From NCBI GenBank assembly GCA_018401295.1, contig JAGYLJ010000004.1:1-54072 (forward strand): a stretch of 54,072 nucleotides of DNA, given 5' to 3'. Source of the stretch: a bacterium. Its GTDB lineage: Bacteria > Patescibacteriota > Minisyncoccia > Phycocordibacterales > UBA12079. How positions within the stretch are numbered: position 1 is the stretch's first letter; every line of letters starts with the position of its first letter. This document shows positions 17,242-26,957 of the stretch, piece by piece. The position numbers and the translations under genes are program-made. The notes beneath the pieces are model-generated. The model was not told the origin of the DNA. It searched no databases and saw nothing but the letters and a program-made list of their open reading frames with translations.

Positions 17242-17424
17242 ATGATAGAACTAAGTAAAAAAGCAAAGGATGATTTGAAAAAAGTTTTGATTAAAGATGC
17301 TGGTTTAGATGTAGTTAATAAGCTTACAGATGAACAAATGAATAGGTTTGGTGTACTTTGTTTGACTGCTGTTAGAGAGGGCATAAAAATAGATGCTCAA
17401 GGAGAGGATTCAGAAGGAATTTAG
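17242..17424 (+). CDS. 60-aa hypothetical protein
   Basis: ORF tightly follows 16596-17234, no motif. Confidence 0.4.
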   Translation: MIELSKKAKDDLKKVLIKDAGLDVVNKLTDEQMNRFGVLCLTAVREGIKIDAQGEDSEGI

Positions 17425-17461
17425 TTTTTCATGGTTTTTGGAGTAAAATTAAAATAATAAA

Positions 17462-18058
17462 ATGCACAAGCGAAAGATAATAAAAAAGTTAACAGGGAAA
17501 GAGCAATTCAAGAATAGCGGGAATAAAAGTTTCTCTGTGGTTGATTTTTGGCAGTACGGATTCTCAAATTTAAATTCTAATATTCTTAGAGGAGTATTAG
17601 CAGAATTTTTGGTTGAAAACGCTTTGAAAGATAAAAGAGATATTAATATTAGAAATCCTTGGGATGATTATGATGTATTATCACCTCAAGGGAAGAAAAT
17701 AGAAGTGAAATGTTCTTCTTATCTCCAAGATTGGGATCAAGATAAATTATCGAAAATAGTTTGGTCTGGTTTAAAAGCTCGAGAACTATATTGCTCCTCT
17801 ATTGTAGAAGAATCTCCAAAAAACGATAAAGATTATAAAGCTGACATTTATATTTTTGCTCTCTTAAAAAACAAAGACACGGAAACTTTAGATATCCTCG
17901 ATATGGATCAGTGGGGATTCTTTGTTTTATCTAAAGACGAAGTTAAAAAGATTACTAAAAATGGAAGTAGTTTATCTTTAAAGACTTTGGAAAAAACAGA
18001 TATTAGAGAAGTTCATTTTAATGATTTGGTTGAGAGTATCAATAAGCTTTTAATTTAA
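17462..18058 (+). CDS. PD-(D/E)xK-fold nuclease-like protein
   Basis: WDDYDVLSPQGKKIEVKCSS fits D-x(n)-E-x-K. DIYIFALL strand follows. Confidence 0.5.
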   Translation: MHKRKIIKKLTGKEQFKNSGNKSFSVVDFWQYGFSNLNSNILRGVLAEFLVENALKDKRDINIRNPWDDYDVLSPQGKKIEVKCSSYLQDWDQDKLSKIVWSGLKARELYCSSIVEESPKNDKDYKADIYIFALLKNKDTETLDILDMDQWGFFVLSKDEVKKITKNGSSLSLKTLEKTDIREVHFNDLVESINKLLI

Positions 18059-18197
18059 TTGAAGATAAAAAATAAGTCTATATACTCCCGTGACTATTCA
18101 TGTTTGGTAAGTTTATCTCTTGTGAGGTAAAGGCAACTAATTCAATAGTCGTGGGAGTATGTAGGTTTATATAAGTGTAATATTTAATTATAAACAA

Positions 18198-18953
18198 ATG
18201 CTAAGTAAAGAATTAATTCAAAACAGAATAAATAATTTTTGGGGATATGGCAGTTTAGAATCTCCTGTCTGGCTTGTTGGTATGGATGAACGTTTTGATC
18301 CATCAGAAAGTCAAGAAATGCTTGAGGATCAATTCCTTTATGCAGAAGCCAATATGGTTGATGGAATGTTAAATGCCAGTCGTTCTAAAATTGACGAGTG
18401 GAGACATCTTGCTAATATGGAGCCGTTTCTTGTGAACGGTGATTTACAATCAACATGGAAATATCCAATCGCCTTGTATTTGTATCTCCATTCTGGCATA
18501 CCACTTACAATAGACGAGCGAAGTAATGTAATAAAAGAATATCAAAGAAATATACTTGCGGATGCAAACAAAAGGGAAACAGCGACATTAGAATTATCGC
18601 CACTTCCTTGTCCAAGCACAAAAGAAGAAGATTGGATTTATGGAAGTTTAGATATTGAGGGGATTTCTTCTCGTAAGGAATATGAAAAGAATTATTTGCA
18701 GGGCAGAGCAGAAAAATTAAAAGGATTGGTACAAAGACATAAACCAAAACTTGTTATTTTTTATTCAATGAAATACTTGAATTATTGGGAAAAGATTATC
18801 GGAGAAATGCCACAAATAGTTACTGTCCGAACACGGTTTGCATCAAATAAAGATACAGCTTTTTGTGTTATTCCAAATGGTGGTCAATCAGGTCTATCTT
18901 ACAATGAATTGTATGAATATGCTGATAGAGTTAAAGATAGAATCAATTTATAA
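18198..18953 (+). CDS. hypothetical protein
   Basis: 251-aa ORF. SPVWLVGMDERF faintly resembles UDG-fold motif A, but this is not supported further. Confidence 0.5.
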   Translation: MLSKELIQNRINNFWGYGSLESPVWLVGMDERFDPSESQEMLEDQFLYAEANMVDGMLNASRSKIDEWRHLANMEPFLVNGDLQSTWKYPIALYLYLHSGIPLTIDERSNVIKEYQRNILADANKRETATLELSPLPCPSTKEEDWIYGSLDIEGISSRKEYEKNYLQGRAEKLKGLVQRHKPKLVIFYSMKYLNYWEKIIGEMPQIVTVRTRFASNKDTAFCVIPNGGQSGLSYNELYEYADRVKDRINL

Positions 18954-18993
18954 AACTCTATTAAAACTGTTTTAGAACATGATAACGGCGTTT

Positions 18994-19251
18994 TTATTTT
19001 GAAGATTGTTTAGTAAATAATTTATATAGATATTCTCCGAAAACTATTATTCGATATTTAATGATTAAAATAATACGATAACTTTGTAGTATTTTCGTAA
19101 TTACATAATTTTGAATAATTCCGTGTATCAGGATAATACGTTTAGTGAATGTATCTTGTATACCTAATCTCCTATAGGCATCAGCCGGCATAATTTGTTT
19201 TTGTAATCTTTCGATTAAGGTTTGTTTTTTCATGTTAATTTTTATAGTCAT
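18994..19251 (-). CDS. hypothetical 85-aa ORF
   Basis: track ORF downstream of 19235-19417, very AT-rich and may be spurious. Confidence 0.2.
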   Translation of the reverse strand: MTIKINMKKQTLIERLQKQIMPADAYRRLGIQDTFTKRIILIHGIIQNYVITKILQSYRIILIIKYRIIVFGEYLYKLFTKQSSK

Positions 19252-19417
19252 CTCCCATAATTCGTGAAAATGTTTCTGTTGGGGACTCGAAACTCTTTTT
19301 TGTTAACATTTCTTCTTTTATTTCATCTATTTTAGTAGAGTTATTTTTACATATTCTATAAATTCTCCATAAAGCAAAAACGATAAAAACTAGAATTATT
19401 ATTAAAAATGTCTCCAT
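19235..19417 (-). CDS. 60-aa single-TM protein
   Basis: METFLIIILVFIVFALWRIY TM helix, directly downstream of 19473-20726. Confidence 0.4.
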   Translation of the reverse strand: METFLIIILVFIVFALWRIYRICKNNSTKIDEIKEEMLTKKSFESPTETFSRIMGDDYKN

Positions 19418-19472
19418 AATTTTTTAATTTAAATTAAAAATAAAAATAAGTATCTTTATATTTGAGATTTTT

Positions 19473-20726
19473 TTATGGTTTTGTAATTTGAAAAGCCATT
19501 AGTGTCAGATAAATTTCTTTGTTGGGGTCTGATGGGTGCTCAAACTTGTAGCTAAAGATTGTATCTGACCCTTCCAGTTCTGCATTAGTCAAAGAATATT
19601 CTGATTTGAAGTTTGTATGAGTATTCAAAGTTTCTCTAGCCTTCTCTAAAATAGCCGATAGGTCATTTTGTTTGTTAAATAGAACAATTGAGGTTTTGGT
19701 ATCTCTCCAAGTCACGTATCCGAATAATTGCTTTATTGTTTCCTCCAAATTCCTTTTTCCCTTCCAAAATTTACATTCAGCAATAAAGGCGTTCGCATTC
19801 TGGTGACGAATAAGTATGTCTGTTTTACCTATACCATTGAATGTCTCACCTGTAGCTGTTCCTTTATAATGCCCATTGAGGAGTATCAAAAAGAAATCTC
19901 TTATTTCCTCCTCTGTCAGTTTAGAGAATGTGGCGGGACTACGTTCCATTGCGACTGCCATATCTTTCATAATAGTGAGAATATTTTCGTATTCTGAAAC
20001 ATCAAGTGTCGGTTCAGGTGTATATTTTTTTACCTTTGGAGGTAGTACTATTTTTGGTTTTCTTTGAATTTCTGGAATGCAATATGTTTCTGGTACGTTA
20101 TCATGCTTCTTGATAGGTATTTTTAAAGACTGTATAAGGGTCTGGCTTTTTGAAGCAGTGTTCCGTCTCTCATTCAATTTTTCCTTTATAATGCCTGGTA
20201 TTTGAGCATTGAGCCTACCTATGTCAGCATTCAACCTCTCCGCATTTGTTGAAATCATACTTACATCTTGGTTGTAGTGACCTTCCAAATTTGCGTTGTC
20301 TCCAGCTTCAACTCTGTATGGTAGATGTATTTCATTTCCATTTACAAAGCCATCCATTTTGCGACTCATATTCATTGCACGAGAGGTTGGCTGGATTTCA
20401 AACAATGAGGGGTCTCCTTCAAAAGGGACGTGCACTGTGAAGTTAATATAATTTCGGTTTATGTTGATGTATTCATTTTGCCATATTCGGTCTTGTACTC
20501 GCTCTCTTACACTTTCTTCGCGTGGATATTCTGGCAAGTAAACTTCATTGGATTTTATAACAATTGGCTGTACAAGAAATCGCTCCTCAAAATATTTTAC
20601 TAACTCTTCAACAGGGGTATTCAATACATCATCTGCATTGTATCCGTGAATAGCAGATATAAGAGAATTCTTTTTCCCTTGTTCAAAGTCATGAAAAGAT
20701 TGTCCAAAAAATAGTTCTCCCCTCAT
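19473..20726 (-). CDS. 417-aa protein with C-terminal PD-(D/E)xK (restriction-endonuclease-like) domain
   Basis: GKTDILIRHQNANAFIAECKFWKGK = D-x13-E-x-K. The N-terminal ~250 aa has no recognisable motif. Confidence 0.5.
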   Translation of the reverse strand: MRGELFFGQSFHDFEQGKKNSLISAIHGYNADDVLNTPVEELVKYFEERFLVQPIVIKSNEVYLPEYPREESVRERVQDRIWQNEYININRNYINFTVHVPFEGDPSLFEIQPTSRAMNMSRKMDGFVNGNEIHLPYRVEAGDNANLEGHYNQDVSMISTNAERLNADIGRLNAQIPGIIKEKLNERRNTASKSQTLIQSLKIPIKKHDNVPETYCIPEIQRKPKIVLPPKVKKYTPEPTLDVSEYENILTIMKDMAVAMERSPATFSKLTEEEIRDFFLILLNGHYKGTATGETFNGIGKTDILIRHQNANAFIAECKFWKGKRNLEETIKQLFGYVTWRDTKTSIVLFNKQNDLSAILEKARETLNTHTNFKSEYSLTNAELEGSDTIFSYKFEHPSDPNKEIYLTLMAFQITKP

Positions 20727-21020
20727 ATTTGTTTGAAGTTACCTTGTAAAAATTTTTTCATAAATTATTTTAATTAATTATTACTTACTGTAAAAGTATA
20801 ACTCGTAAAACTAATATAAATATTATATTATAATCTTATAACTTTTACGAGGGATTTATTATTAAAAAATAACGATAAAATGAAAGTAGAAAAAGATTTT
20901 TACACAATTCGAGATTTGGTTAAAAGTATTAATAAATTTGTATTGTGAGACAAGGGTTTTTGAGGTAAAATAGGGGGTAATTGATTTTAATAGTTTAATT
21001 CTATATTTCTCTTAAATAAT

Positions 21021-21878
21021 GTGAAAAAGATAATAGAACCTGAAAAAATAATATTAAAAAATAGTTCTGATATTTCTGAGAAAATTATACAGGATAAAAT
21101 AGCCTCTGACCCTTCGATTTTGGGTCTTGGCGATTTAATTTTGAAAGACAAAGAAAGAATCCAACCCAGAGCCGGTAGACTAGATTTATTATTACAGGAC
21201 TCAGATACCAAAAGAAGGTACGAAGTGGAAATTCAATTAGGCAAAACAGACGAGAGCCATATAATAAGAACTTTGGAATATTGGGATATTGAAAGAAAAA
21301 GGTACCCTCAATATGATCATTGTGCTGTTATTATCGCTGAGGACATAACAACTCGTTTTCATAATATAATAAGTTTATTTAACGGAAATATACCAATTAT
21401 TGCTATTCAGATGAATGCGTATAAATTTGGAGATGATATTGCCCTTATTTTTAATACTGTATTAGATGAGTTAACTCTTGGTTTTGATGATGAAGAAGAA
21501 AAAGAAGCCACAGATCGTAAATACTGGATTGGTGTAGGTAGTGAATTAACTGTTAAAATGGCTGATAGTCTTTTAGAAATTATTAACGAATTTTCAGAGG
21601 GCTATTCTTTAAAATATAATAAATTTTATATTGGGTTATCCAAAGATGGACAACCTAATAATTTTGCTGTTTTTCGTCCAAGGAAAAAAGCTTTAAGTAT
21701 AGAAATTAAACTTCCTTTTTTAGAAGAAATACAAAAAATCATTGAGGATAATGATCTTGATGATATGGGTTATTTGAAGAGATGGGGTGTTTTTAGATTA
21801 AGATTAGATAAGGAAGATATCGCTAAAAAAAGAGACGTTCTGAAAGATTTGTTACAGAGAGCTTATGAAAATAAGTAG
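21021..21878 (+). CDS. hypothetical protein with N-terminal nuclease-fold-like segment
   Basis: RLDLLLQDSDTKRRYEVEIQLGKTDESH resembles a PD-(D/E)xK core with Q in place of K. First gene of the co-directional RM block. Confidence 0.4.
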   Translation: MKKIIEPEKIILKNSSDISEKIIQDKIASDPSILGLGDLILKDKERIQPRAGRLDLLLQDSDTKRRYEVEIQLGKTDESHIIRTLEYWDIERKRYPQYDHCAVIIAEDITTRFHNIISLFNGNIPIIAIQMNAYKFGDDIALIFNTVLDELTLGFDDEEEKEATDRKYWIGVGSELTVKMADSLLEIINEFSEGYSLKYNKFYIGLSKDGQPNNFAVFRPRKKALSIEIKLPFLEEIQKIIEDNDLDDMGYLKRWGVFRLRLDKEDIAKKRDVLKDLLQRAYENK

Positions 21879-21950
21879 CTATGAACGATAATGTGTTTAT
21901 TTAGCTAATTGAGGAAGACAAGAAACAAAATTTTTAAATAAAATAAAATT

Positions 21951-23981
21951 ATGCAAATATCAGAACTTATAAAATCCAGCGGTAAATACGATTTAACCGT
22001 ATTTTCAGAAGAAAGTATAGACAGGATTGAGGAAAATATCCTTGAAGACAAGGGTAAATTTTTCATTAAATGTCTTGTCAGAGAAAGAGATATTCAAGTA
22101 AAACCAGAGGAGATTGTTCGGCAGTTGATGATAGACAAACTTATCAATGAATATAATTATCCAAAAGATTTGCTTAGGGTTGAACATACCGTTACTTTCG
22201 GAAAGGAAAAGAAATCGGCTGATATTGTTATCTTAAACAAAGCAGACAAAACCAGTGTTTATTGTGTGCTTGAAATCAAAAAATATAATCTCAAAGAGGG
22301 TAAAGAACAATTAAAAAGTTATACCAATGCCACAGGAGCACCTTTGGCAGTCTGGACGAATGGGACAGAGATAGATTTTTATGAAAGGCTTGATCCTAAT
22401 TACTTTGAACCACTTTCAGATATTCCCAAAGCAAATGAAACGATTGATGATGTAAAAAACGAAAGGTTTACCTACCTCGGCTTAATGCAAAAAGATAGGT
22501 TGTTAGAAGAGAGAAAAAGTCTTAAAGCGTTGATACAGGAAATTGAAGATGAAGTTTTGGCTAATGCTGGAGTAGATGTTTTTGAAGAAGTTTTCAAACT
22601 TATTTTTACCAAACTTTATGATGAAATGGAAAGTTCTGAAGACAGAGTTTCTATTGAAAGAGATTTTAAGAGAATTAAAAAAGATAATCCTGATTTAACC
22701 GATAAAGAAGTTTTAGATAAAATTGATAATAGTGATTTTAGAAAACTTGAATTTAGAAGTCGTGGAGATGCTTATCATACCAAAGAAGTTATCAATGAAT
22801 TATTCAAGAAAGCCAAAAACAAATGGCAGGGTATTTTTGATCAAGGAGAACCATTAAGGATAACAGATGTGAACCATTTACAAATTTGTGTTGGTTTTTT
22901 GCAGAATGTAAAACTTTTTAACTCTAATCTTCAAGTTATTGATGAAGCCTTTGAGTATTTGGTAAATAAATCAGCCAAAGGAGAAAAGGGACAATACTTT
23001 ACACCAAGAAATGTAATTGATATGTGTGTCTATATGATGAACCCGAAGCCGAGTGAATATATGATAGATACGGCTTGTGGTTCTTGTGGTTTTACCGTCC
23101 ACACCCTCTTTAATGTCTGGAATAAATTACAAAATCAAGGTAAAGCCAATTTTCATAACTTCTCAAACCAAAAATTGACCCAAGAACAGAAAGATTATGT
23201 TGTTAAGGTGTTTGGTATTGATTTTGACGAAAAGTCCGTGCGTGTCGCCAGAACCCTTAATATGATTGCAGGAGACGGGAGAACCAATGTTTTGCACCTA
23301 AACACCCTTGATTACACCCGTTGGGAGGAAAAAATAAAGGATAGCGAATGGGGCAGGACTTATCTTGAAGGTTTTTATCGTTTGCTTGATTTAGCCAAAG
23401 ATAGAAAAAATCCAAAAGAATTTAATTTTGATATGGTTATGGCTAATCCGCCTTTTGCGGGAGATATAAAAGATGGACGTTTGATCTCTGATTATAATGT
23501 GGCTTTTAACAAAGGGAAAAAAGTAAATAAAATTTCAAGGGATATTTTATTTATTGAAAGAAATTTAGATTTCTTAAAAGACGGTGGAAGAATGGCAATT
23601 GTTTTACCACAAGGCAGATTTAACAATACATCAGATGAAAGAATACGAGAATTTGTAATGGAAAAGGCACGACTTATTGCAGTGGTTGGTTTAGATGGTA
23701 ATACTTTCAAACCTCACACAGGAACAAAGACTTCTGTTTTGTTTGTCCAAAAATGGGACGATAAAATCAATCCAAAAGTAGAAGACTACCCTGTGTTTAT
23801 GGCTGTATCAGAAAATTCTGGTAAAGATAATTCAGGAGAGGAAATTTATGAAGTTGACGAAAAGACAGGAGAAAGAAAGGTAGATGAACATAACCACTTA
23901 ATGCAAAAACACGACTTAGACGATATTGCTTTTGCTTTTGAAAAATGGGCAAAGGAGAATAAATTGAGTTTTTGGAAATAA
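21951..23981 (+). CDS. N6-adenine DNA methyltransferase fused to an N-terminal HSDR_N-type PD-(D/E)xK domain (BcgI-A-like / HsdM-like)
   Basis: N-terminus PEEIVRQL...ADIVILNK..VYCVLEIKK...AVWTNGTEIDFYER. MTase motif I DTACGSCGF and motif IV NPPFAG. Confidence 0.85.
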   Translation: MQISELIKSSGKYDLTVFSEESIDRIEENILEDKGKFFIKCLVRERDIQVKPEEIVRQLMIDKLINEYNYPKDLLRVEHTVTFGKEKKSADIVILNKADKTSVYCVLEIKKYNLKEGKEQLKSYTNATGAPLAVWTNGTEIDFYERLDPNYFEPLSDIPKANETIDDVKNERFTYLGLMQKDRLLEERKSLKALIQEIEDEVLANAGVDVFEEVFKLIFTKLYDEMESSEDRVSIERDFKRIKKDNPDLTDKEVLDKIDNSDFRKLEFRSRGDAYHTKEVINELFKKAKNKWQGIFDQGEPLRITDVNHLQICVGFLQNVKLFNSNLQVIDEAFEYLVNKSAKGEKGQYFTPRNVIDMCVYMMNPKPSEYMIDTACGSCGFTVHTLFNVWNKLQNQGKANFHNFSNQKLTQEQKDYVVKVFGIDFDEKSVRVARTLNMIAGDGRTNVLHLNTLDYTRWEEKIKDSEWGRTYLEGFYRLLDLAKDRKNPKEFNFDMVMANPPFAGDIKDGRLISDYNVAFNKGKKVNKISRDILFIERNLDFLKDGGRMAIVLPQGRFNNTSDERIREFVMEKARLIAVVGLDGNTFKPHTGTKTSVLFVQKWDDKINPKVEDYPVFMAVSENSGKDNSGEEIYEVDEKTGERKVDEHNHLMQKHDLDDIAFAFEKWAKENKLSFWK

Positions 23982-23985
23982 AAAA

Positions 23986-25026
23986 ATGACTAATGAACAA
24001 ATAACAACTGAAAATGTATTAAGTGTTGATATAAAAAAGTTAGCACTAAATTCTGATTTTGGAAAAATGATTTTTGAAAATGCAAATATAAAATTAACAA
24101 AAATCCAAAATTGGCTAAAGGAAGCAAAAGATTTAGAATATGAAAAACTTCTTATTGAGAAAGATAAAAAACAAATAATTACATTTATAAATCAACTTAT
24201 AGAACACTTAGAGTGGCTACGAAATTTTGATATTGGGAATGTCTCAAACACTCAGGCAGAGCACGATAATTTTGATAATAGAATAAATAGTTATTACGAT
24301 ACAGTTTATCAAAATTTAGTAATGAAATACCTACCTTTTTTAAGAGAGGAAAAAAGGAGACAAAATCCTAATGAAAAAAAATTGGAAGAAGAAGTTCGTA
24401 ATGTATCACAACTCCGCAAGAATTTAGAGAAAGAATTAGAAAATGTAAAAATTGATATTGAAAAAATAAGAACAACAGGTAAAGAGGTTGGGTCGGCTAA
24501 AGGAACTCGTGCTACTTTAGATACAGGGAAACATTTTAATGATGAAGTAACTCGTTATGAAAAATTAGCAAAAGTGTGGTTAATATCAGCCGTGTTTTGT
24601 TATTTTGTAATTATAGTGGTTCTTTTTTGGTTAGGAAGCGAAACTTTTTCTTATTTAGAAAAATTGATTAAATCATCTAATAATCCAGAAACTTCTTATA
24701 TAAGTTCTATTTGGGGAGTTGTAGTTTCTAAATTAGTTATTTTGGCAACTTTATGGTATGGGCTTTCTTTTGTTATAAAAAATTATAATGTAAATTCACA
24801 TCTTGCATCTGTAAATAGACATAGGGCAACTGTGGCTAAAACTTTGGAGGATTTTATTTCAGCCGAACAACAACAGGAAAAACCAAGATTATCAGAAATG
24901 TTACAAAACGCCACAGAAGCGATGTTCAAAAATGCTCCAATAGGTTTTATTTCAAAAACAGAAAAAGAAACAGGAAACCCTGTTTTGCAAATAGTAAATG
25001 ATATTATGGGGGCTAACGAGAAATAA
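23986..25026 (+). CDS. coiled-coil protein with two C-terminal TM helices, embedded in the RM operon
   Basis: long K/E-rich helical N-terminal part, TM1 VWLISAVFCYFVIIVVLFWLG, TM2 IWGVVVSKLVILATLWYGLSFVI. 5-nt gap from the methylase stop. Confidence 0.6.
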   Translation: MTNEQITTENVLSVDIKKLALNSDFGKMIFENANIKLTKIQNWLKEAKDLEYEKLLIEKDKKQIITFINQLIEHLEWLRNFDIGNVSNTQAEHDNFDNRINSYYDTVYQNLVMKYLPFLREEKRRQNPNEKKLEEEVRNVSQLRKNLEKELENVKIDIEKIRTTGKEVGSAKGTRATLDTGKHFNDEVTRYEKLAKVWLISAVFCYFVIIVVLFWLGSETFSYLEKLIKSSNNPETSYISSIWGVVVSKLVILATLWYGLSFVIKNYNVNSHLASVNRHRATVAKTLEDFISAEQQQEKPRLSEMLQNATEAMFKNAPIGFISKTEKETGNPVLQIVNDIMGANEK

Positions 25027-25043
25027 ACTAAGTTTAATAATTT

Positions 25044-25601
25044 ATGTCAGATTTAGTAGAAAAATTAAATAAAAATCACTCAGAGGAATTAAAAAAGATG
25101 AGTATTTTATTTTATCTATTAAATAGAATTGAAAATAATCTTAATATCATTATAGAAATTTTCTTTTGTGATTTTAATCAACTGAAAAATGTTATCTTAA
25201 ATCAAATCCTCTTGAATAAAAATATGAAATTAGAGACGAAAAGAATGATGTTTTTGAAAATAATTGAACACACTACAAGATACGCAGAAGAAGGTAATTT
25301 TGAATTTGAAGAGGATAAGTGGTTAAAATTTTGTAAAGACTTACAAAAAATTCAAGAAATTAGAAATAAGTTGGCTCATAAGTTTTTAGGGTTTAACCAA
25401 AATGTTGTTTCCTATCAAGAAACCTTAAAGAACAATAATAATAAAAATTATTCCTTTAATAAAAAAGAAATAAATTTAGATGAGGAAATAAAAAAGTTTG
25501 ATAAAATTTTTGATGAAAGTGAGTTATTGCTTACTGATTTTCTAAAACAGGTGTTGCCGATTGTTCGTGATTGTCAAAAATGTAATTTATCTGATATATA
25601 A
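25044..25601 (+). CDS. small HEPN-like protein (RNxxxH motif), embedded in the RM operon
   Basis: IQEIRNKLAHKF = R-N-x3-H in a predicted helical protein of 185 aa. 4-nt gap to hsdS. Confidence 0.5.
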   Translation: MSDLVEKLNKNHSEELKKMSILFYLLNRIENNLNIIIEIFFCDFNQLKNVILNQILLNKNMKLETKRMMFLKIIEHTTRYAEEGNFEFEEDKWLKFCKDLQKIQEIRNKLAHKFLGFNQNVVSYQETLKNNNNKNYSFNKKEINLDEEIKKFDKIFDESELLLTDFLKQVLPIVRDCQKCNLSDI

Positions 25602-25604
25602 AAT

Positions 25605-26945
25605 ATGCCACAAATAAGCACAGTTAAATACTCCGATATTCAAGAAGCAAAAAGATATGACGCTGAGTATTTTAAGCCTGAGTATATTGAAATATCAAAT
25701 AATTTAAAGAGATTAAAATCACAAGATTTAGAAAAATATTGTATTTTTGTAAAGAAAGGGATTTTTGACATATCCCCAACAAAATATAAAAATAAAGGGG
25801 TTCCATTTTTAAGAGTATCTAATACAAAATCATTTTTTATTAACAATGAAGATATGGTTTATCTTGATGAAGAAACGCACAATGAAAATAATAAAACTGA
25901 ATTAAGAAAAGGAGATATAGTTCTGTCTAAGGTTGGAACAATTGGAGATGCTGTAATAAATTTAGATTATGAAAAAATAAATTTTAGTCAAAATAATATC
26001 GGTATTAAAATTAAACAAGATGAAATTAACCCTGCTTACGTTATCGCTTTTTTCAATTCAAAATATGGGAGAAAACAAATTGAGAAACAGCAATCTGGTC
26101 AAGTTCAAGAAAAAATAGTCTTAGATGATATAAAATTTTTAAAAATTCCAAGGTTGAATAATGAAAATTTAATTGCATATAAAGTCTTAGAATCAAAACA
26201 AAAACAAAATAAATCAAAAGATTTATATAGGCAAGCCGAAGAATTGCTTTTGAAAGAATTGAATTTGCTGGATTATAAACTAAAACATAGTTTGTCTTTT
26301 GAAGCTACTGCAAAAGATATAAAAGAAGTTAAAAGGTTTGATAGTGAATATTTTCAACCAAAATATGAAGAAGTTATAAGTAAAGTTGAAAGTTATAAAA
26401 ATGGTTGGGATTTTGTTAAAAATCAGTTTAGCCAAAATAACTTTATTTTTAAAAGCGATAAAGATTATTATAACTATATAGAAATTAGTGATATAAACGT
26501 CTCAAATGGAGGAATAAGCCCCAACAAAGTCAGGACAGAAGACTTACCCGCTAATGCAAAAAGAAAACTAAACAAAGGCGATTTGCTAATTTCAAAAGTT
26601 AGACCTTACAGAGGGGCTGTATCTTTTATTGATTTTGAGTTAGAGAACCTTGTCGGAAGCGGTGCTTTTACTGTTTTGCGAGAAAAAACAAATTATAAAA
26701 AAGAAGTTTTGATGATTTTTTTGAGGACTTCTTTTATAAGGAATTTGTTGTTACGTTATAATTCAGGAACTTCTTATCCTGTGATTGTTGATAAAGATAT
26801 CTTGGATACGAAAATACCTTTGATTGATATAAAACTTCAAAAACAAATTTCAGAAAAGATAAAAGAAAGTTATGGATTAAGAAAAGAAAGTGAACAACTT
26901 CTTGAACAAGCCAAAAGAATGGTTGAGGAAGAAATTGAGAGGTAA
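25605..26945 (+). CDS. hsdS: restriction-modification specificity subunit (HsdS-like, two TRDs)
   Basis: duplicated architecture: RYDAEYFKPEY and RFDSEYFQPKY open each half, with conserved helical spacers (LYRQAEELLLKEL, LLEQAKRMVEEEI). Confidence 0.85.
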   Translation: MPQISTVKYSDIQEAKRYDAEYFKPEYIEISNNLKRLKSQDLEKYCIFVKKGIFDISPTKYKNKGVPFLRVSNTKSFFINNEDMVYLDEETHNENNKTELRKGDIVLSKVGTIGDAVINLDYEKINFSQNNIGIKIKQDEINPAYVIAFFNSKYGRKQIEKQQSGQVQEKIVLDDIKFLKIPRLNNENLIAYKVLESKQKQNKSKDLYRQAEELLLKELNLLDYKLKHSLSFEATAKDIKEVKRFDSEYFQPKYEEVISKVESYKNGWDFVKNQFSQNNFIFKSDKDYYNYIEISDINVSNGGISPNKVRTEDLPANAKRKLNKGDLLISKVRPYRGAVSFIDFELENLVGSGAFTVLREKTNYKKEVLMIFLRTSFIRNLLLRYNSGTSYPVIVDKDILDTKIPLIDIKLQKQISEKIKESYGLRKESEQLLEQAKRMVEEEIER

Positions 26946-26957
26946 TAATTAAACATT

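Noticed and set aside
21951-26945. Canonical type I restriction-modification system
   Set aside because: No HsdR helicase/translocase gene is present anywhere in the window. The nuclease-fold domain is fused to the methylase instead, hence the BcgI-like or M.S-only interpretation
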